From Vicugna vicugna (taxonomy: Eukaryota), in assembly GCA_013265495.1 (NCBI GenBank), contig MU058387.1:248001-312000 (forward strand): DNA of 64,000 nt, given 5' to 3'. Shown in pieces: positions 62,151-64,000 of the stretch. The position numbers and the translations under genes were made by a program. A model generated the notes under the pieces. It saw nothing but the letters and a program-made list of their open reading frames with translations. It was not told the origin of the DNA and searched no databases. The number at the start of each line of letters is the position of its first letter. Within the stretch, counting starts at the first letter, position 1.

Positions 62151-63111
62151 GTGTTTCCTCCCCCACCTTTAGTATATCTCTCTACACTCATGGTTTTCCT
62201 CATTGGAGAAAAGTAAGACTTGCATACTTCAAATAACATATCCGAGACCACACAGCTAGTGTGTCATGGGGCCAAGACATTATCTTCCCTGCCTGAATCA
62301 TTTAATGATGTCAGGTGAAAACATTCAGGAAGGGATGATACATAAAAGTATGATTGTCTTTATAAATTTGAGATACATTGCAATAAAAAAATCATAAAAT
62401 CCCCAAGAATATGTAGCCTTGGTTCACAGAAACAACTTTCATCTCTCCCTAGGGCCCCTCTCCTCCACTGGCAACCCGAGTTTTAGCAGGCTGGCGGAAC
62501 CAGCCATCCCAGTGCTTGTCACCCTTTACAGTCCAGCTAAGCGCTGAAGTCAGAACACTGCCAGACTTGTTAATAGGCAGAGCTTCTTTGGGGAAGCCAA
62601 TGGGAGATGTGGGAAGAATTGCAAAGCCTCATGTGGCTCTAAATTGTCCATCTGTCACAGTGAGTCAGCCCAATCTCCCAGGAACTTAAGGTACAAGACC
62701 TAAGGAGGGGATTCTGGAGTCTCACCCCACAAATACAACATTACGGACGTAGCTTTTAAAGACTGATCCTGTTCATTTGGTCCTTTGTCTCTAGGACTTC
62801 CAGAAAAGATCTTACTTTGGGATACAGCACATCTAGAAAAATATATACTTGCCTCTGGAGAGCTCCCATAACAGAAGTGGCCGCTGAGTAAGAGTCTGGA
62901 GGAACTGGTAAGGAACGAGTTGTTTTCCGAGAACAAGAGGAACATTAAACAGTCCCACACTGAAACCGAAAGACAGTGGGTCCTAGTATTGGATTTTTTT
63001 TTTAAACAAAACAACAAAAGCAAAACACTTAAGTCATTTCCATACTGAGAATCTTCCATTTCCTCCTGATGCTTAAGTAGAGCATAATAAAGTTTAAAAA
63101 GCCATGGAGGA

Positions 63112-63839
63112 GTCTGCATACTGTTTTCCATAATGACTGCACCAAACTACATTCCCGCCAACAATGTAGGAGGCAGTACGGAGATTCCTTAAAAATCTGA
63201 AAATAGATTTAGCATATGATCTAGCAATCCCACTCCCAGGCACGTATCCAGAGGGAACACTGATTTGAAAAGATGCATGCACCTAGTGTTAATAGCACTT
63301 TTTACCATCGCCAAGACAAGGAAGCAACCTAAATGTCCATCAGCAGATGAATGGATAAAGGAGATGAGGTATAAATATACAGTGGAATACTACTCAGTCA
63401 TAAAAAAGAATGAAACCATGCCATTGGCAGCAACATGGATGGACCTGGAGATCATCATTCTAAGTAAGCCAGAAAGAGAAAGAAAAATGCCAGATGATGT
63501 CACTTATACGTGGTATCCAAAAAAATGACACAAAACACAAACAGACTCACAAGCATAGAAAACAAACTTATGGTTACCGGGGGGAAAAGGGGATGGGAAG
63601 GGATAAATGGGGAGTTTGAGACTTGCAGATACTAACTACTATGTATAAAACAGATAGACAATAAAGATCTACTGTATATAGCACAGGAAACTATATTCAC
63701 TATCTTGTAATAGAATGAATGATAAAAATGATTAAAAAATGATGAAAAGGAATAGATATATACATGTACAACTGAAGCACTATGCTGTACACTGGAAATT
63801 AATACAACACTGTAAACTAACTATACTCCAATTTAAAAA
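63112..63839 (+). mobile_element. 5'-truncated, 5'-inverted lineage-specific L1
   Basis: Inverted piece 63113-63173, then sense ORF2 end and 3'UTR at 63174-63839 (ALFTIAKTRKQPKCPSADEWIKEMRYKYTVEYYS). TSD aaaaagccatggagga (63096-63111) / aaaaagcagtggtgga (63840-63855) at a TT/AAAA site. Confidence 0.9.
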
Positions 63840-64000
63840 AAAAAGCAGTGGTGGATCTTAAAATCAGTAAAGGGCTAGTGAGGATCTTTAAATATTAAGG
63901 TATTTTAAGCCCTTGGGCAGGAACCTTATTCTCTCTGAATCTGTGTATCTGTTGAAATGAGAAAAACATAATAATACTGTTTTCTGTTGCGTTTAAGGAA

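Noticed and set aside
1..64000. The remaining 60-140 aa ORFs in the track, and a novel multi-gene system
   Set aside because: No recognisable homology. Many start at GTG/TTG or lie in repeats, and their number fits random expectation. No gene cluster or coherent exon series is visible.

Overview
AT-rich, repeat-dense, non-coding mammalian genomic DNA, most likely from a camelid. Two tRNA-derived SINEs resemble the camelid Vic-1 family, and I saw no Alu, Bov-A/Bov-B or PRE-1 elements. I could not identify an intact protein-coding gene or host-gene exon. The main feature is a near full-length, intronless retrocopy (processed pseudogene) of NFS1, the mitochondrial cysteine desulfurase, at about 27562-29605. 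It is inserted in sense orientation into the ORF1 3' end of an old, nearly full-length, decayed L1 (about 26018-33376). The retrocopy carries two closely spaced compensating indels and one in-frame premature TGA, leaving a 391-codon ORF that keeps the PLP lysine and the catalytic cysteine. The rest of the window is L1/L2/MIR fragments, about nine ERVL/MaLR solo LTRs, MER20/MER5-like DNA transposon relics, two short L1s with 5' inversions (twin priming) and microsatellites. I found no convincing novel biological system. Repeat subfamily names and comparisons with human NFS1 come from recalled consensus sequences and need checking with RepeatMasker/Dfam and BLAST.
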